IMG/VR virus record: IMGVR_UViG_3300045988_071280
Source: a virus
Length of the DNA: 64,000 nucleotides
Direction: 5' to 3' (one strand)
In this document: positions 47,175 through 58,285 of the stretch, one piece after another
How positions within the stretch are numbered: the stretch's first letter is position 1
Layout: each line of letters starts with the position of its first letter
Notes under the pieces: generated by a model
What the model was told of the DNA's origin: nothing
The model's database searches: none
What the model saw: only the letters and a program-made list of their open reading frames with translations
Program-made: the position numbers and the translations under genes

Positions 47175-50100
47175 TTATTCTTCCGAATTTAATAAATTAA
47201 ACACATTCTGAGTTTGTTTTATTACATAAAAATTCTTAGGAACCTCTTTTCCAAAAGAACTTTCTCCTTTAACTATTCTAATAGTAGAGTCTTTCAGTCT
47301 TTCTAAAAAACTAAGAGCTACTGGAGTATCTAAAGAAAGTCCTAGAGGAGCCCAAAATACAAGTTCATCAGTGGAATTTAATAAAGTTTGTCTTAGAATA
47401 TTCTTAGTTAAGGGATCAAATTCTTCTCCACTTTCTTCTTTATCTTCCATTATTAATCTAAATAATAATGCAAGTAAAGCAGCCCACATAGAATCTGCTA
47501 ATAATTGTCTAGCATTTCTAATTCTATAATCTTTATGTTCTAAAGTTGCATCAGTATCCTTATTTATATAATATTTAAATAAATATTGCATATAATAGAA
47601 AGTACTATTCACCATTCCTTCTATAAATCTTCCAGACCATTCCTTTGCAGGGATATCTGTAACTTCTGTAGTTTCTATTAAATGAGATTCTCCATCCTCA
47701 CCTATCACAGATTTTAAATAAAGTAAATTTCCTTCTTCATCTGTTTTTTGTTTCCATTCTCCTTTAGGTGTTTTATCAGTTCCTCCTAAGAAGAATCTTT
47801 CACGAGTAGATGAGAAATAAGATTTAAATTGGAATAGTATCTTACCTACAAATTTATGTCTAGCAGCAAATGCATTTTCATGATCCATATATCCGAATAA
47901 TGAATCGGCAGAAGATTTTATATTTCTCTTTTCTGCTATAGTATATGCGGAAGGTAATGCTACTGGATTAGATTCGTTAAATTTTAATTCTTCCCAATCA
48001 AGATCATTCTCATGTTCAATATTAAATTGAGTTAGATGTGCGATATAATCTGCTTTTTGTTTATTATATAAAGGATGCGATTTATCTCCAGATGCGAATA
48101 TAGAATATCTCCCATCTTTAGTCCAATCATATATCAATTCTCCATCTTTAGACATATGGTGAGCTTTCAAACAATCATCATGAATCATTTGAGCTACTAT
48201 AAATACCATTCTATTTAAAAAATCTGGAGCAGTAGTAGCCCAATAAGCACCTCTTCTTAATAATCCTTTATAACCTTTTCTATCAGAATTTAATTCGTAC
48301 GCTAACGAATTAGCATCCATTCTAGTCATCCCATAAAAATGGTTTAAAGCTTCTACTAAAGTCCAATTATCAGAACTTACACCGGTATTTCCCATAACTA
48401 TACCATAAGCTTTAGCAGCATCGGCAGTAGTAAAACCATTATCTCCTAACAACCGTCCAGCAGCTCTAGTCATTAGAAGATAAAATCCTTGAATTGGCTC
48501 TCTAACTAATGAATTAAGATTTAATGCCAACATTGAAACTCGTGCAGCAGTAGTAATAGGTTGAAATACTTTATAGAATTTTTGATTGGATTTTTCTATA
48601 GAACTTTCTCCGAATATAACAGTTTTTAAATAAATATCAATTTGCTTATTTAAATTCTCGAAATTAATATTAGTATCATAAGATTGTAAATAGATAGCAT
48701 GTCTTATATCATTAATAAGGGGAAGAATAGTATCAAAAGAAGATTTCCTTATATAAGCATGAACAAATACATCCTCTAATAACTCTAAGTTAGTCTCCCA
48801 ATAAGAGGTATCTTGCTCTGAAAGATATTTTTCTCTAGTAGTTGGAGAGACGTTTAGAAAATTATACATTGTTAAATAATCATTCTTCCCAGCTTCGGAA
48901 TCCTGTTCAATTGTCTCTTCTTGTGCTTTAGTAGCTCTTCTTATATCAACTTGTTCGTTCCATTTATCTTGTATCCACGAAAAGAATCCTTTACTTTTCA
49001 ATTGTGAAAATGCAGTACCTCTTAACAATGGGATATCAAAATAATGTCCACTTTGAATTAATTCTTGAACTGGAGTAGTTTTTATTGCTTCTTCTTCTGT
49101 CAAATTATAATCAACTCCGCGCTTTATTCTATTTACATTCCATAAGAAAGATTTCAACCATTTTCGTTCGGCTTGAGAAAGATCATTTGTCATATCATAA
49201 GGATTCTTTGCTCTAAAATTACGAGCTATTCTTCCAGTAGAATCTCTCTCAAACATATTTTTAAATGCGTTAGTTGAATCTTTAAAAGTCCATCGTTCTA
49301 CTTGAGTAAATCCTTTTGATTTATATAACTCTAACACTCGTTGTAAAGATTTCTCCTTATATTTCTCAAACCATTCACGCATCTTCTGGAATTGTAATTC
49401 AGTTAGATCTACTATATCTTTCATTAAAGGGATCATTTCGGGATTTTCTACATAATACCCTCCTAAGGTCATAGTTTCAGATATGTTTTTGAGGTTGAAA
49501 CTTATTTGACTTATATCATGATCTGAATCGAAATAAATACGTTTATAATGTAGAATAGTTCTAGATATTTGGGAATATAATAAAGATAATCCAGTTGGAT
49601 CGGAATCATAATTATTATCTGCTCTAATAATTAATCTATTTCCAGCTACTTCCCTAATAATCTCTTGTAGTTTTCTTAATTGTTCTATTTTATACTTTCC
49701 TGTCTCATTATCTAATTTATAATTATTATAGAAATCATAAATTAAATCAGAAGCTCCTTTTACTAATTCTGTTCTATCTTGTCCTAGAATAGTTAATAGT
49801 CTTAATTTTAAAGCTTCTATCCTATCTGCAATTATTAATTCTGATTTAAAGTAATTTGTAATACCTAATTCCTTAGATAAAATATTAAAATTATGCGTTA
49901 ATTTATTTATATCTATAGGATAAGATTGTCCTTCTTTATAATTAATTACTTGAATATTTCCTATTTTAAAGTTACTAAAATAATCATGTAATTCATTTAT
50001 AACTAACATTGTCTCTAATAACTTAGCGTTTCCTACAGTATTGGATAATAGATTTTTTAATTTCTTATATTTAGCCTCAGATCCTAAATTTCCAAAGATA

Positions 50101-51647
50101 TTATGAGATCCATTATTCCAATTAAGTTTTTTTGTTAAATTTATATCTGTCATAGATATAATATCTACTATGTTATTAGCTACATCTCTAAACGCATAAA
50201 TTCCTATTTCTGCTAATTCTGGAAGGTCTAATACTTCATATCCTGGATTATCTATGTAATTACAAAATACTCTAGTTAGATATGTATTTGCTTTTTGTGG
50301 AAGGTATTTAAATTTATTTTTATCTTCTAAAGATTCAGAAGTCTTTTTTAAATAATCAAACTCTTTCCATAAAGTAAAATAGTAAGATTCACTTCTATCC
50401 TCCATTTTTTCTTGATACTCTCTAGCTTTTTCTAATAATTCTTCTTTAGTTGGAGCTTCTATTACGGGAATATCTTGTCCCTTTCTTTTAGATATATAAT
50501 CATTAAAGAACCATACTTTTCTATAATTATCATATTTAGCCACCCTCTCTACAAATTCTTTCGGAGTTTCTTTAGATAATTTCCCAAAAGCGATTTCTGA
50601 GTATTTAGCCACATTTTTAGTAGCTTCTGTATTATAACTTACTTCTGATACATTTGCTCTAATATGTTCTTGTACTATCCTAGTTATATATCCATTAGGA
50701 TAAGATAATCTTTGCATAGATTTTCCTTCGGTAGTTTTGTTTATAGGTTCTTCAACTTTATAAGATGTAAATGTCTCATTATTATAATCTATATCCGATA
50801 TAATAATAGGAACTATATTTAAAGAAGCTAACTTTACCCCAATTCCATTATTAGCTAATAACGCTCTATATGCAGCTAATTGATAATCTATTGTTAATTG
50901 TTTAGAAGAATACCATGTTTCATATGGTTTATTTGAGATTTTAAAATCATAAATTTCTACATTTCCTCTTTCATCTATAGCTAATAAATCTAATCGTCCT
51001 ATGATAGGATCAGATTCATCATCAGAAGTTTGTAGTGTTAATTCCGGGATAAATTTATACTTTTTTCCTTTACTAATTTTAGATTCTAAATTCTTAAATG
51101 TAAAATATAAATTTTCGATTGTATCATATGGAAGATCAACAATCTGAGATATTGTATTTAAATCCTGATTTTTGAAATATAACTCAGCTACTTTATGTAC
51201 TTTATCTCCAATCTTTGCTAGATGTCCCCAATTTTCTATATCAAATTCTATCTGTCTCTTTGCGTCTTCTTCTGATAATCCTTCTTTAGTTAAAAGTTTT
51301 AACTGATTCTTTTTATATTCCTCTACTTTAAATTCTGGAATTACACGATCTCCATTAGAATTTAGCCAAGTAGTTATAGCTGTAGTTACTCCTAATCTCT
51401 TAGGGGTAACTACTTCATTTTCTTGCGTTGACTGATTAAATTTGGACTCTTGTACAGTAGAATTTAACGCTAAGAGTTTATTATATATAGAATCCTGAAT
51501 AGTATTACTTTCATCAAATACCGCATCTCCATATTTATTATAATAGAGCATATTTCCATAATTCTTGGCTATGAAAGCATCTAAGTCTCGTTCAGAATTA
51601 AAGGAATGCTTAGATCCGTTTATTGTTAAAAAATATTTACATGCCAT
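47175..51647 (-). CDS. 1490-aa protein with N-terminal PD-(D/E)XK nuclease-like motif (possible virion/ejected protein)
   Basis: GRLDLLAIDERGNVEIYDFKIS near 50942-51000. The virion role is inferred only from position beside the RNAP-like gene. Confidence 0.6.
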   Translation of the reverse strand: MACKYFLTINGSKHSFNSERDLDAFIAKNYGNMLYYNKYGDAVFDESNTIQDSIYNKLLALNSTVQESKFNQSTQENEVVTPKRLGVTTAITTWLNSNGDRVIPEFKVEEYKKNQLKLLTKEGLSEEDAKRQIEFDIENWGHLAKIGDKVHKVAELYFKNQDLNTISQIVDLPYDTIENLYFTFKNLESKISKGKKYKFIPELTLQTSDDESDPIIGRLDLLAIDERGNVEIYDFKISNKPYETWYSSKQLTIDYQLAAYRALLANNGIGVKLASLNIVPIIISDIDYNNETFTSYKVEEPINKTTEGKSMQRLSYPNGYITRIVQEHIRANVSEVSYNTEATKNVAKYSEIAFGKLSKETPKEFVERVAKYDNYRKVWFFNDYISKRKGQDIPVIEAPTKEELLEKAREYQEKMEDRSESYYFTLWKEFDYLKKTSESLEDKNKFKYLPQKANTYLTRVFCNYIDNPGYEVLDLPELAEIGIYAFRDVANNIVDIISMTDINLTKKLNWNNGSHNIFGNLGSEAKYKKLKNLLSNTVGNAKLLETMLVINELHDYFSNFKIGNIQVINYKEGQSYPIDINKLTHNFNILSKELGITNYFKSELIIADRIEALKLRLLTILGQDRTELVKGASDLIYDFYNNYKLDNETGKYKIEQLRKLQEIIREVAGNRLIIRADNNYDSDPTGLSLLYSQISRTILHYKRIYFDSDHDISQISFNLKNISETMTLGGYYVENPEMIPLMKDIVDLTELQFQKMREWFEKYKEKSLQRVLELYKSKGFTQVERWTFKDSTNAFKNMFERDSTGRIARNFRAKNPYDMTNDLSQAERKWLKSFLWNVNRIKRGVDYNLTEEEAIKTTPVQELIQSGHYFDIPLLRGTAFSQLKSKGFFSWIQDKWNEQVDIRRATKAQEETIEQDSEAGKNDYLTMYNFLNVSPTTREKYLSEQDTSYWETNLELLEDVFVHAYIRKSSFDTILPLINDIRHAIYLQSYDTNINFENLNKQIDIYLKTVIFGESSIEKSNQKFYKVFQPITTAARVSMLALNLNSLVREPIQGFYLLMTRAAGRLLGDNGFTTADAAKAYGIVMGNTGVSSDNWTLVEALNHFYGMTRMDANSLAYELNSDRKGYKGLLRRGAYWATTAPDFLNRMVFIVAQMIHDDCLKAHHMSKDGELIYDWTKDGRYSIFASGDKSHPLYNKQKADYIAHLTQFNIEHENDLDWEELKFNESNPVALPSAYTIAEKRNIKSSADSLFGYMDHENAFAARHKFVGKILFQFKSYFSSTRERFFLGGTDKTPKGEWKQKTDEEGNLLYLKSVIGEDGESHLIETTEVTDIPAKEWSGRFIEGMVNSTFYYMQYLFKYYINKDTDATLEHKDYRIRNARQLLADSMWAALLALLFRLIMEDKEESGEEFDPLTKNILRQTLLNSTDELVFWAPLGLSLDTPVALSFLERLKDSTIRIVKGESSFGKEVPKNFYVIKQTQNVFNLLNSEE

Positions 51648-51651
51648 ACTG

Positions 51652-54600
51652 TTAACATTTTTCTAGTAATTGTGTATTTGGATTTTTAGAATTTAATAAA
51701 CTACTTTTTATATTAGTAATATTCCTGTTCTTAAATGCTTCTGATACATTTTCTGGATTAAATAAAGAGAATCTTTTATTTCCGGCAGAGAGTAATAAAC
51801 TATTAAATTCTGTTATTATTTTTTCAATTGGCATCTTACTTAATTCCCTACTTAAAGTTTCTGATGTTTTTTCTGGAAGAGTATTTAAATCTAGAGATAA
51901 CGTAGAATCTAATACTTTTAAATATTCTCCAAAGAAATCTGTAGAAGATAATAAATTATTTATATTAAATTCCTCACTACTAAATACTCCACTTAAACTA
52001 TCTGCTATAAATTCTACGAAAGCTTCTTCTTTAGCATCATTTAATGTTCTATTAGTAAGTATATTTCTAAATCTCTCATTAAATTCTGGGAGAGTAGCAA
52101 CTTTATCTAGTAAAGAGGAATATAAAGAATAATTCTTACTTCTCAATGCTCCCATTATTAAATGCATTAATTCATGTAATGGAGAAGAGATATCGGCTCT
52201 ATTAATATTTACATATATTTTCCCATTCCAAATAAACGCTCCTGCTCTAGAAAACGAATCAGCTAAAGTACTATTTAGATTTTCAGAATCAACCAATTCT
52301 TGAATTTTAGCATCATCTATTACGTTAATAATATTATTATATGTTGAATTAACATTTTCTATAACCCTATTTAGAATTTTCTTTTTATCAAATTTATCAT
52401 AAGTATCAGTAAAGTATTCTACCTTTTTTATTTGAGGAACCTCATCTGTTATAGATAAATTCTCTAATTCTTTTTGTCTAGTTTTATTTATTGGATAATA
52501 TAATTCTGAAATAAGATATTTTCCGGATTTAATATCATTAAAATTTATATACCAAGAGTTATTATATATCTCTCCATTTAATCCTACTATTTCAGACTCT
52601 AAATTGATTCCTTTATCAGTTATAGATTTAATTCTAAGATATTTAGTAAATTTATCATTATACTTAATCTTTACAACATCATTTACTTCTATGATATTAA
52701 TAACTTGTTCTGGAGAACGTTGATATATTCTAGGATCGTAATAAAATCCAGTCGAATCATTTACCTGAATTCCGGTTCTTATATTCTTTAACCCATAAAT
52801 TTTAGTATCTTTTACATTATTAGCTTTTATATATTCAGAAGTGAGATCTATCAACTCTCCATTTTTAATCATATCTAATATTGTTGGAGTTAATAGTGTT
52901 ACTCTACCATGAGGAAGAGTTTTCTTTTTTGAATCTTGATAACTTTCTTTAAATTCTCTCTCTGTAATATTCTTAGGAATTACATACACTGCCTCTTGTT
53001 CAATTACCCAATCTTGGGATTTGTTCAGGAGGTTTTTCTTTTTCAAGATTTCTTCTAGAGAATAACCATAAGTGCTATGATTTAAATCATATAATCTACT
53101 TAAACGTTTTTTATTATATTCAGAAATCTCTTTATGTCCAATTATTCCTAATTCATAATTTGGATTTATAGCAAATCCGATATATTCTAATTGCTGTGGA
53201 GATACTATTTTCCTAAAAGATCTCCCTTTTAAATATCCAGATCTATAACTACCTGGAACAATAATAGTTCCTGTTATAGGATCATAATTAGATACTACTC
53301 CAATAAATGTTATATCATTTTCTTTAAATCTAATAATATCTCCTCTTTGTAATTTAGCAGTTTCTTGTTCTGCATTAGAAGAGTCTATATTTATAATATA
53401 ATATAAATCTTTTAAAGGAATATAGTTAGAATTAGGATCAAATACTATTTTATCATCGACTCTAGTAAAAGCTTTACTAGCATTCTCTTTTTTAATATTT
53501 AAATCTTCTACTAATTCTAAATCGGAAGTATTATTATAATGTATAGCTGATAGTGATGGAATATTTATTCTCTGTCCTTTAGAATTTTCTGATAATGGAA
53601 ATTCTGTTTTTAAATCTACAAATCCTATTTTAGGAGCAGAGTCATTTGTTGTTCTATTTAAAAAGTATATTCTATCCCCACTTATCCCAACTACTATATG
53701 TTTACTAATAACAGGTGATCCATCAGTTCTTTTTAAATCCCATTCAATAGAAATAGAGTCACCAATACGTAAAGATCTAACTTTATCTCTTCTATATTTA
53801 ATAACAGATTCCCTATCTAAATTATCAGAGAAGTCTCCTTCTAATTTCCGATAAGGTTGTTGGTCAGATTTTAGAATATTTAAATTGAACCAGATAGATT
53901 GATATTTACTTTTATCTTTAGTATTTAAAGAATAAGTATCATAATCATTAATGAACTGATTATATATATTATCTAAATCCGGATGATTTTCTTTAGTAAA
54001 TATCACTGTCTCTATATTCCGAAAAGGAATTTTTTTAGTAAAGTATTTACCATCTTTATTCTTTAAAGCTACTTCTACTATTGTACCTATAGTTCTAATT
54101 ACAGGAGCATAATATGTAAAAGAATCCCATTCACTATTCTCATCCTCTTTATTCCAAGATCTTAATTTAATTATATCATTTTGACGTAATTCTTGGGTTA
54201 TAGTAGCATTAGTTCCGTTAGAAACATCTAATTTAAATCCTGATTTTCCTACTGTGTAATACTTGAATGAGAGTCCTTTTCTGTCGAATCCTATAGATTT
54301 AATCAGTGGTTGATTATTATAATCTTCTGATTCAATATTTCTTTCATAAGTATCTCTTATATTCTTTATTAAATCTTCCGGAAGATTTGGATCTTTCAAT
54401 GCTCCATATAACTTTCTAAATACAATTTGTTTGTTTTTTTCTAGAGATAATTTAACTAAATCAGTATAAGATATAGTAAAATGTCCTATATTAGATCCGT
54501 ATTTATTAACTAATGTGATAAATGTTTCCCCATTTCTATTCTTCCAAACAGATTGAATTGGATGATATTTAGCATAAGAAAAATAATCATCATCAAATTT

Positions 54601-55845
54601 ACCGTATATTATATTCTTATCTCTATTAAAATTTGGGATTAGTAATAAATCTCCTGGGACTAAGGAATATAACTGAGCTTCTGTGGTTAATTTAACAGGT
54701 TCTGAGTAATTTAAATTATATAAATCCTTCTTAGGATTACCTTCCGAATCTAATACTGTTGATTCATAATTCTTCCAGATTATTTCTGATATTTGTTGAT
54801 AGGATACGTTTTTAGATTTCGGGATTTCGAGTTCTATATAATAAGAATCATTTTTACCAACGAAAGGAACATTATCATATTCCCATCTATTATTTTCTCT
54901 AGAAAAATAAAAGAAATAATTTTTGTTAATTTTAGATACATTTCCATCCCATATTTCTTCTTTGTGTGTAGAATGATTATAATATTTTGTACCAACTAGA
55001 GGATATCTATTATTTAATGGATTTATAATTTCTAACTCTTGATTTGATCCTTGGATAAAAGGATTTATATCCATAGAAAATAATCTCCCAATAAACTCAT
55101 TAAATAAATCAGAGTTATTTATATTTAAAACATCTCTATATTTAGGTTCTGATACTAAATATGCAATAAATTCATTTAAGTCATAACTAGATCCTTTAGA
55201 TACTTTATTAACAAATTCCTTTATATAAGGATCTTTATCCTGATTTTGTTTAGCAGTAGTATATATATTATAAGCTATTTCATTTACTCTCTCAAAATTA
55301 GGATCAGATTTATTTATTTTAGAATAATATAAATGAAGTAGTTCGTGATATAAATCTCTAAGAGTAGCTTCATTAAATATTCCATTAGTTTTTAAGATAA
55401 TAAATTCATTATTTAATAAAGTCCCTCTAACATCTACATTTCCATCGATATTTAATGATTCTATATCTTCATCTAATAATAATATATTTGGTTGAGATGG
55501 ATTAATAGCATTCATATCTATTAACTTATTAATTAATAGAAGAAAATCTTCCTGTAAAGATTTATTAGGTACATAAGAAACTAAAGACCTAATATCATTT
55601 ATAGTGGCGTTTCCGATTAAAGGTTCTCCATTAGAATATACTACTTTAGTAGATAAAAGATTTAAATCTGAAAGAGTACTTAATAATGTATTTAAAGAAT
55701 CTATATCTAATCCAGAAATAGCCTCACTTAAACTAACTGCATTAACTTCGTCATATGAATTTAAGTTGGTAGGAATAATCCCACCAACTTTTTCTTCTCC
55801 ATCTACAATATATTGTATTTCTATGTTACATCCCATATTTAACAA
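51652..55845 (-). CDS. 1397-aa protein with two HExxH zincin-like motifs
   Basis: HELLH at 55333-55347 and HELMH at 52162-52176. The start overlaps the stop of the upstream gene. Confidence 0.6.
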   Translation of the reverse strand: MLNMGCNIEIQYIVDGEEKVGGIIPTNLNSYDEVNAVSLSEAISGLDIDSLNTLLSTLSDLNLLSTKVVYSNGEPLIGNATINDIRSLVSYVPNKSLQEDFLLLINKLIDMNAINPSQPNILLLDEDIESLNIDGNVDVRGTLLNNEFIILKTNGIFNEATLRDLYHELLHLYYSKINKSDPNFERVNEIAYNIYTTAKQNQDKDPYIKEFVNKVSKGSSYDLNEFIAYLVSEPKYRDVLNINNSDLFNEFIGRLFSMDINPFIQGSNQELEIINPLNNRYPLVGTKYYNHSTHKEEIWDGNVSKINKNYFFYFSRENNRWEYDNVPFVGKNDSYYIELEIPKSKNVSYQQISEIIWKNYESTVLDSEGNPKKDLYNLNYSEPVKLTTEAQLYSLVPGDLLLIPNFNRDKNIIYGKFDDDYFSYAKYHPIQSVWKNRNGETFITLVNKYGSNIGHFTISYTDLVKLSLEKNKQIVFRKLYGALKDPNLPEDLIKNIRDTYERNIESEDYNNQPLIKSIGFDRKGLSFKYYTVGKSGFKLDVSNGTNATITQELRQNDIIKLRSWNKEDENSEWDSFTYYAPVIRTIGTIVEVALKNKDGKYFTKKIPFRNIETVIFTKENHPDLDNIYNQFINDYDTYSLNTKDKSKYQSIWFNLNILKSDQQPYRKLEGDFSDNLDRESVIKYRRDKVRSLRIGDSISIEWDLKRTDGSPVISKHIVVGISGDRIYFLNRTTNDSAPKIGFVDLKTEFPLSENSKGQRINIPSLSAIHYNNTSDLELVEDLNIKKENASKAFTRVDDKIVFDPNSNYIPLKDLYYIINIDSSNAEQETAKLQRGDIIRFKENDITFIGVVSNYDPITGTIIVPGSYRSGYLKGRSFRKIVSPQQLEYIGFAINPNYELGIIGHKEISEYNKKRLSRLYDLNHSTYGYSLEEILKKKNLLNKSQDWVIEQEAVYVIPKNITEREFKESYQDSKKKTLPHGRVTLLTPTILDMIKNGELIDLTSEYIKANNVKDTKIYGLKNIRTGIQVNDSTGFYYDPRIYQRSPEQVINIIEVNDVVKIKYNDKFTKYLRIKSITDKGINLESEIVGLNGEIYNNSWYINFNDIKSGKYLISELYYPINKTRQKELENLSITDEVPQIKKVEYFTDTYDKFDKKKILNRVIENVNSTYNNIINVIDDAKIQELVDSENLNSTLADSFSRAGAFIWNGKIYVNINRADISSPLHELMHLIMGALRSKNYSLYSSLLDKVATLPEFNERFRNILTNRTLNDAKEEAFVEFIADSLSGVFSSEEFNINNLLSSTDFFGEYLKVLDSTLSLDLNTLPEKTSETLSRELSKMPIEKIITEFNSLLLSAGNKRFSLFNPENVSEAFKNRNITNIKSSLLNSKNPNTQLLEKC

Positions 55846-57962
55846 TTTATAATAAGTTTTATTTTATTAAGTCTCATTAGATCATTTAGAAGTTCAACTG
55901 TCTTAATAGCTTTTTCAGATTTATTAATAGTTTCTTTTAATTTATAATTGTAATTACTTCTTATTAGATAATATCTCTCATCTCCTAAAAGTTCTACATC
56001 CTTATAGCTCTTATTCTTATTATCATTTCCTAATCTTTCTTGTAATTGATATTTACCTAAGTTCTCATTATATACTTTTACATATTTATTATTTGAAACA
56101 AGAGCTTCGAAACTATCTTTAATTGGAGCCATTCTAAGAAGAACATCATCTATATTAACATCATCCATTGTTACTTTATCACTTTTTGAATCATAAATTA
56201 CTCCCGGAGTTATAGTATTTAAATCTAGTCCTCCAATGTATTTAAAGTAATCTACAATTAAACTTCCCGGATTAAATACTGATCCTTGTAATACTTTTAA
56301 TATACTATCTTGTCCTTTTCTTCCTTTATGAGTAATTAGATTATATATAAAAAACAAGTCAGATAATTTAATACCCCTAAATTCAACATTTTCAATTTCT
56401 CCAAATGCTGAAACTTGTTTATCAAATTCAGGATTGTTTATAGTAGTAACCATATTTATAGATGGCCTATAATATATATAATTAGATCCATCTAATTTAG
56501 AAGTATTATCAGTTATAATTAATCCATTTAAAAATGCGTTATTAACTAACTGCGATCCAAAAGTCATTACTCCTTTAGAATTAATTGTATATCCACTCTT
56601 TAACATTGGAATTACATAAGATTCCATATATAATTTAAAGGATGCTAAACCATCATCATTAGATAAAGAATAAGATGTTTGCTCAGTAGCGGTAAGCATT
56701 TCCCCATTTAAGAAATAATTTTGGCCTTTAGGAACTGAAATAGATAAATTTTTATTTTTTAAATATTTTCTAATTATTAATTCATCTATATAATCTCTAA
56801 TAATATTTAGTTGAGATTCAGATAATTTATTAGGCATAGTAATTTTACCAATTCTCCTTCTCATTATTATATTTTCTAAATTATCTATAATAGCGTTTGA
56901 TAATGCATATTTAACACTTCCTAATTTAGAATTTTGTTCATTTATATAATAAGCATTAATAAACGATTTATAATGTGGAAGAGAATTTATTAAATCAAAT
57001 ACATTTATTACAGACTTTATTAAGTTATAGAATTTAATAACAGACTCTGTATAATCAGGTTGTTCCAAGAACTTAGCTATATCAAACTTCATACTAGAAA
57101 AAGTTCCATTTGAAGACATTTTATCTAGAGCATCTCCAACTATAGAAGATAATTCTTGGTCTGTATATATATTCCCAATATTAGGATTATATTTTTTTAA
57201 TGCTCCAATGAAATCATTAGCTGTATCTCCAGTTAATTGAAGTTTATCTAACCCGTTTTGAATTAATGTATTAAAGGACTTACTGAAATTATATCTATCA
57301 TATTGCTTAGTCTTTATACCTCCATTAATTCCTAAAATTTGACCTAACGTAGCTATTTCTTTTGCTCCAGTGTAAGCTTTTACAAAGGTAGTAAAATTTG
57401 TTTTAGATTTTACTGATGAATCAAATAAATCTTTTAAATCCTTAAATTTCTTCACTTGTTTAAAATATCTAATCAAACCCTGCACTACTTCCTCAGAAGA
57501 TCTAACTAATGCTAATTCATCCCACTCTGACATAGAATCTAAGAATGTCAAAGCATACTCTTCATCAAGAAATCTCTCATTAACAAAATTATATTTAGTA
57601 GTTTCGAGATCATTGATAATTTCGTTTATATCATTTGATGTTAGTTCATTAAGTTTAAATGCGGAGATTATCTTAGAATTATATAATGTATTTAAATATA
57701 ATGAAACAGATTTTACATATCCTTTCCCAATAAAATTTGTAAGTGATGGTCCTTTTTCTATATTTCTTAATGTAGAATCTATAGTGGCGTATTGATCGTA
57801 CATTCTATTAACTGTAGCTGCTTGAACTATAGCATTAACCTCTGAACTAGTCATAAGATCTGAGATATTATCAAATGATAAGCCTTGGATTAATAAATAT
57901 ACATATACTCCAGCTAGATCGGGACCAGCATTAATCTTTGATAAGATCAATTCTTTAGCATT
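55839..57962 (-). CDS. giant RNA polymerase-like protein, exon 3 (707 aa)
   Basis: Begins NAKELILSK directly after intron-terminal G 57963. The tracked TTG at 57965 is an artefact. Confidence 0.65.
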   Translation of the reverse strand, partial: NAKELILSKINAGPDLAGVYVYLLIQGLSFDNISDLMTSSEVNAIVQAATVNRMYDQYATIDSTLRNIEKGPSLTNFIGKGYVKSVSLYLNTLYNSKIISAFKLNELTSNDINEIINDLETTKYNFVNERFLDEEYALTFLDSMSEWDELALVRSSEEVVQGLIRYFKQVKKFKDLKDLFDSSVKSKTNFTTFVKAYTGAKEIATLGQILGINGGIKTKQYDRYNFSKSFNTLIQNGLDKLQLTGDTANDFIGALKKYNPNIGNIYTDQELSSIVGDALDKMSSNGTFSSMKFDIAKFLEQPDYTESVIKFYNLIKSVINVFDLINSLPHYKSFINAYYINEQNSKLGSVKYALSNAIIDNLENIIMRRRIGKITMPNKLSESQLNIIRDYIDELIIRKYLKNKNLSISVPKGQNYFLNGEMLTATEQTSYSLSNDDGLASFKLYMESYVIPMLKSGYTINSKGVMTFGSQLVNNAFLNGLIITDNTSKLDGSNYIYYRPSINMVTTINNPEFDKQVSAFGEIENVEFRGIKLSDLFFIYNLITHKGRKGQDSILKVLQGSVFNPGSLIVDYFKYIGGLDLNTITPGVIYDSKSDKVTMDDVNIDDVLLRMAPIKDSFEALVSNNKYVKVYNENLGKYQLQERLGNDNKNKSYKDVELLGDERYYLIRSNYNYKLKETINKSEKAIKTVELLNDLMRLNKIKLIINC

Positions 57963-58285
57963 CAATTATGTTACTGTTATATCGTTTCCATATAACATCT
58001 CTATATTTCTATAGAAGTTCTGACTATATCTTAGCCAATAAGGCTCTCCCCATTTCGGAATTACTAATTCCTACGATACTCGATTCTATTTGTTTAAATA
58101 GTCTTTCTCTAGTCGATGCTCTTTTATCCTATTAGGATACTTAGATCAGGATTATCCAATCTTTATACTTGTTACTATACCTGAGTAATTAGTTCAGCCA
58201 TTTAAATATTACTATTTAAATTTAGTATATAAAGCTCTAAGGATGTTCCCTGAGTTAAAGGAGTTTTTTACAACAAACCACGCAT

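Noticed and set aside
1316-57795. Short antisense or overlapping ORFs in the track: 1316-1516(-), 5245-5445(-), 6574-6780(-), 14852-15205(-), 15583-15852(-), 22307-22495(-), 23121-23351(-), 23673-23867(-), 25008-25202(-), 27054-27242(-), 33552-33761(-), 34054-34278(-), 35631-35828(-), 35720-35944(+), 36918-37115(-), 38845-39030(-), 43021-43221(-), 45554-45874(-), 46085-46282(-), 54793-54999(+), 55604-55852(+), 57613-57795(+).
   Set aside because: Each is embedded in a longer, motif-supported or operon-consistent ORF on the other strand or frame. They are typical shadow ORFs, often with low-complexity translations.
11977-57965. TTG or upstream start codons assigned by the ORF track at 6020, 11977, 26343, 27315, 29091, 35263, 36682, 38897, 40312, 42206 and 57965, and the ATGs at 7173, 19537, 24091 and 30586.
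   Set aside because: These positions fall at or just inside intron 3' ends, or upstream of better ATG starts. The true reading frames continue from spliced upstream exons or start at the downstream ATGs listed in the features.
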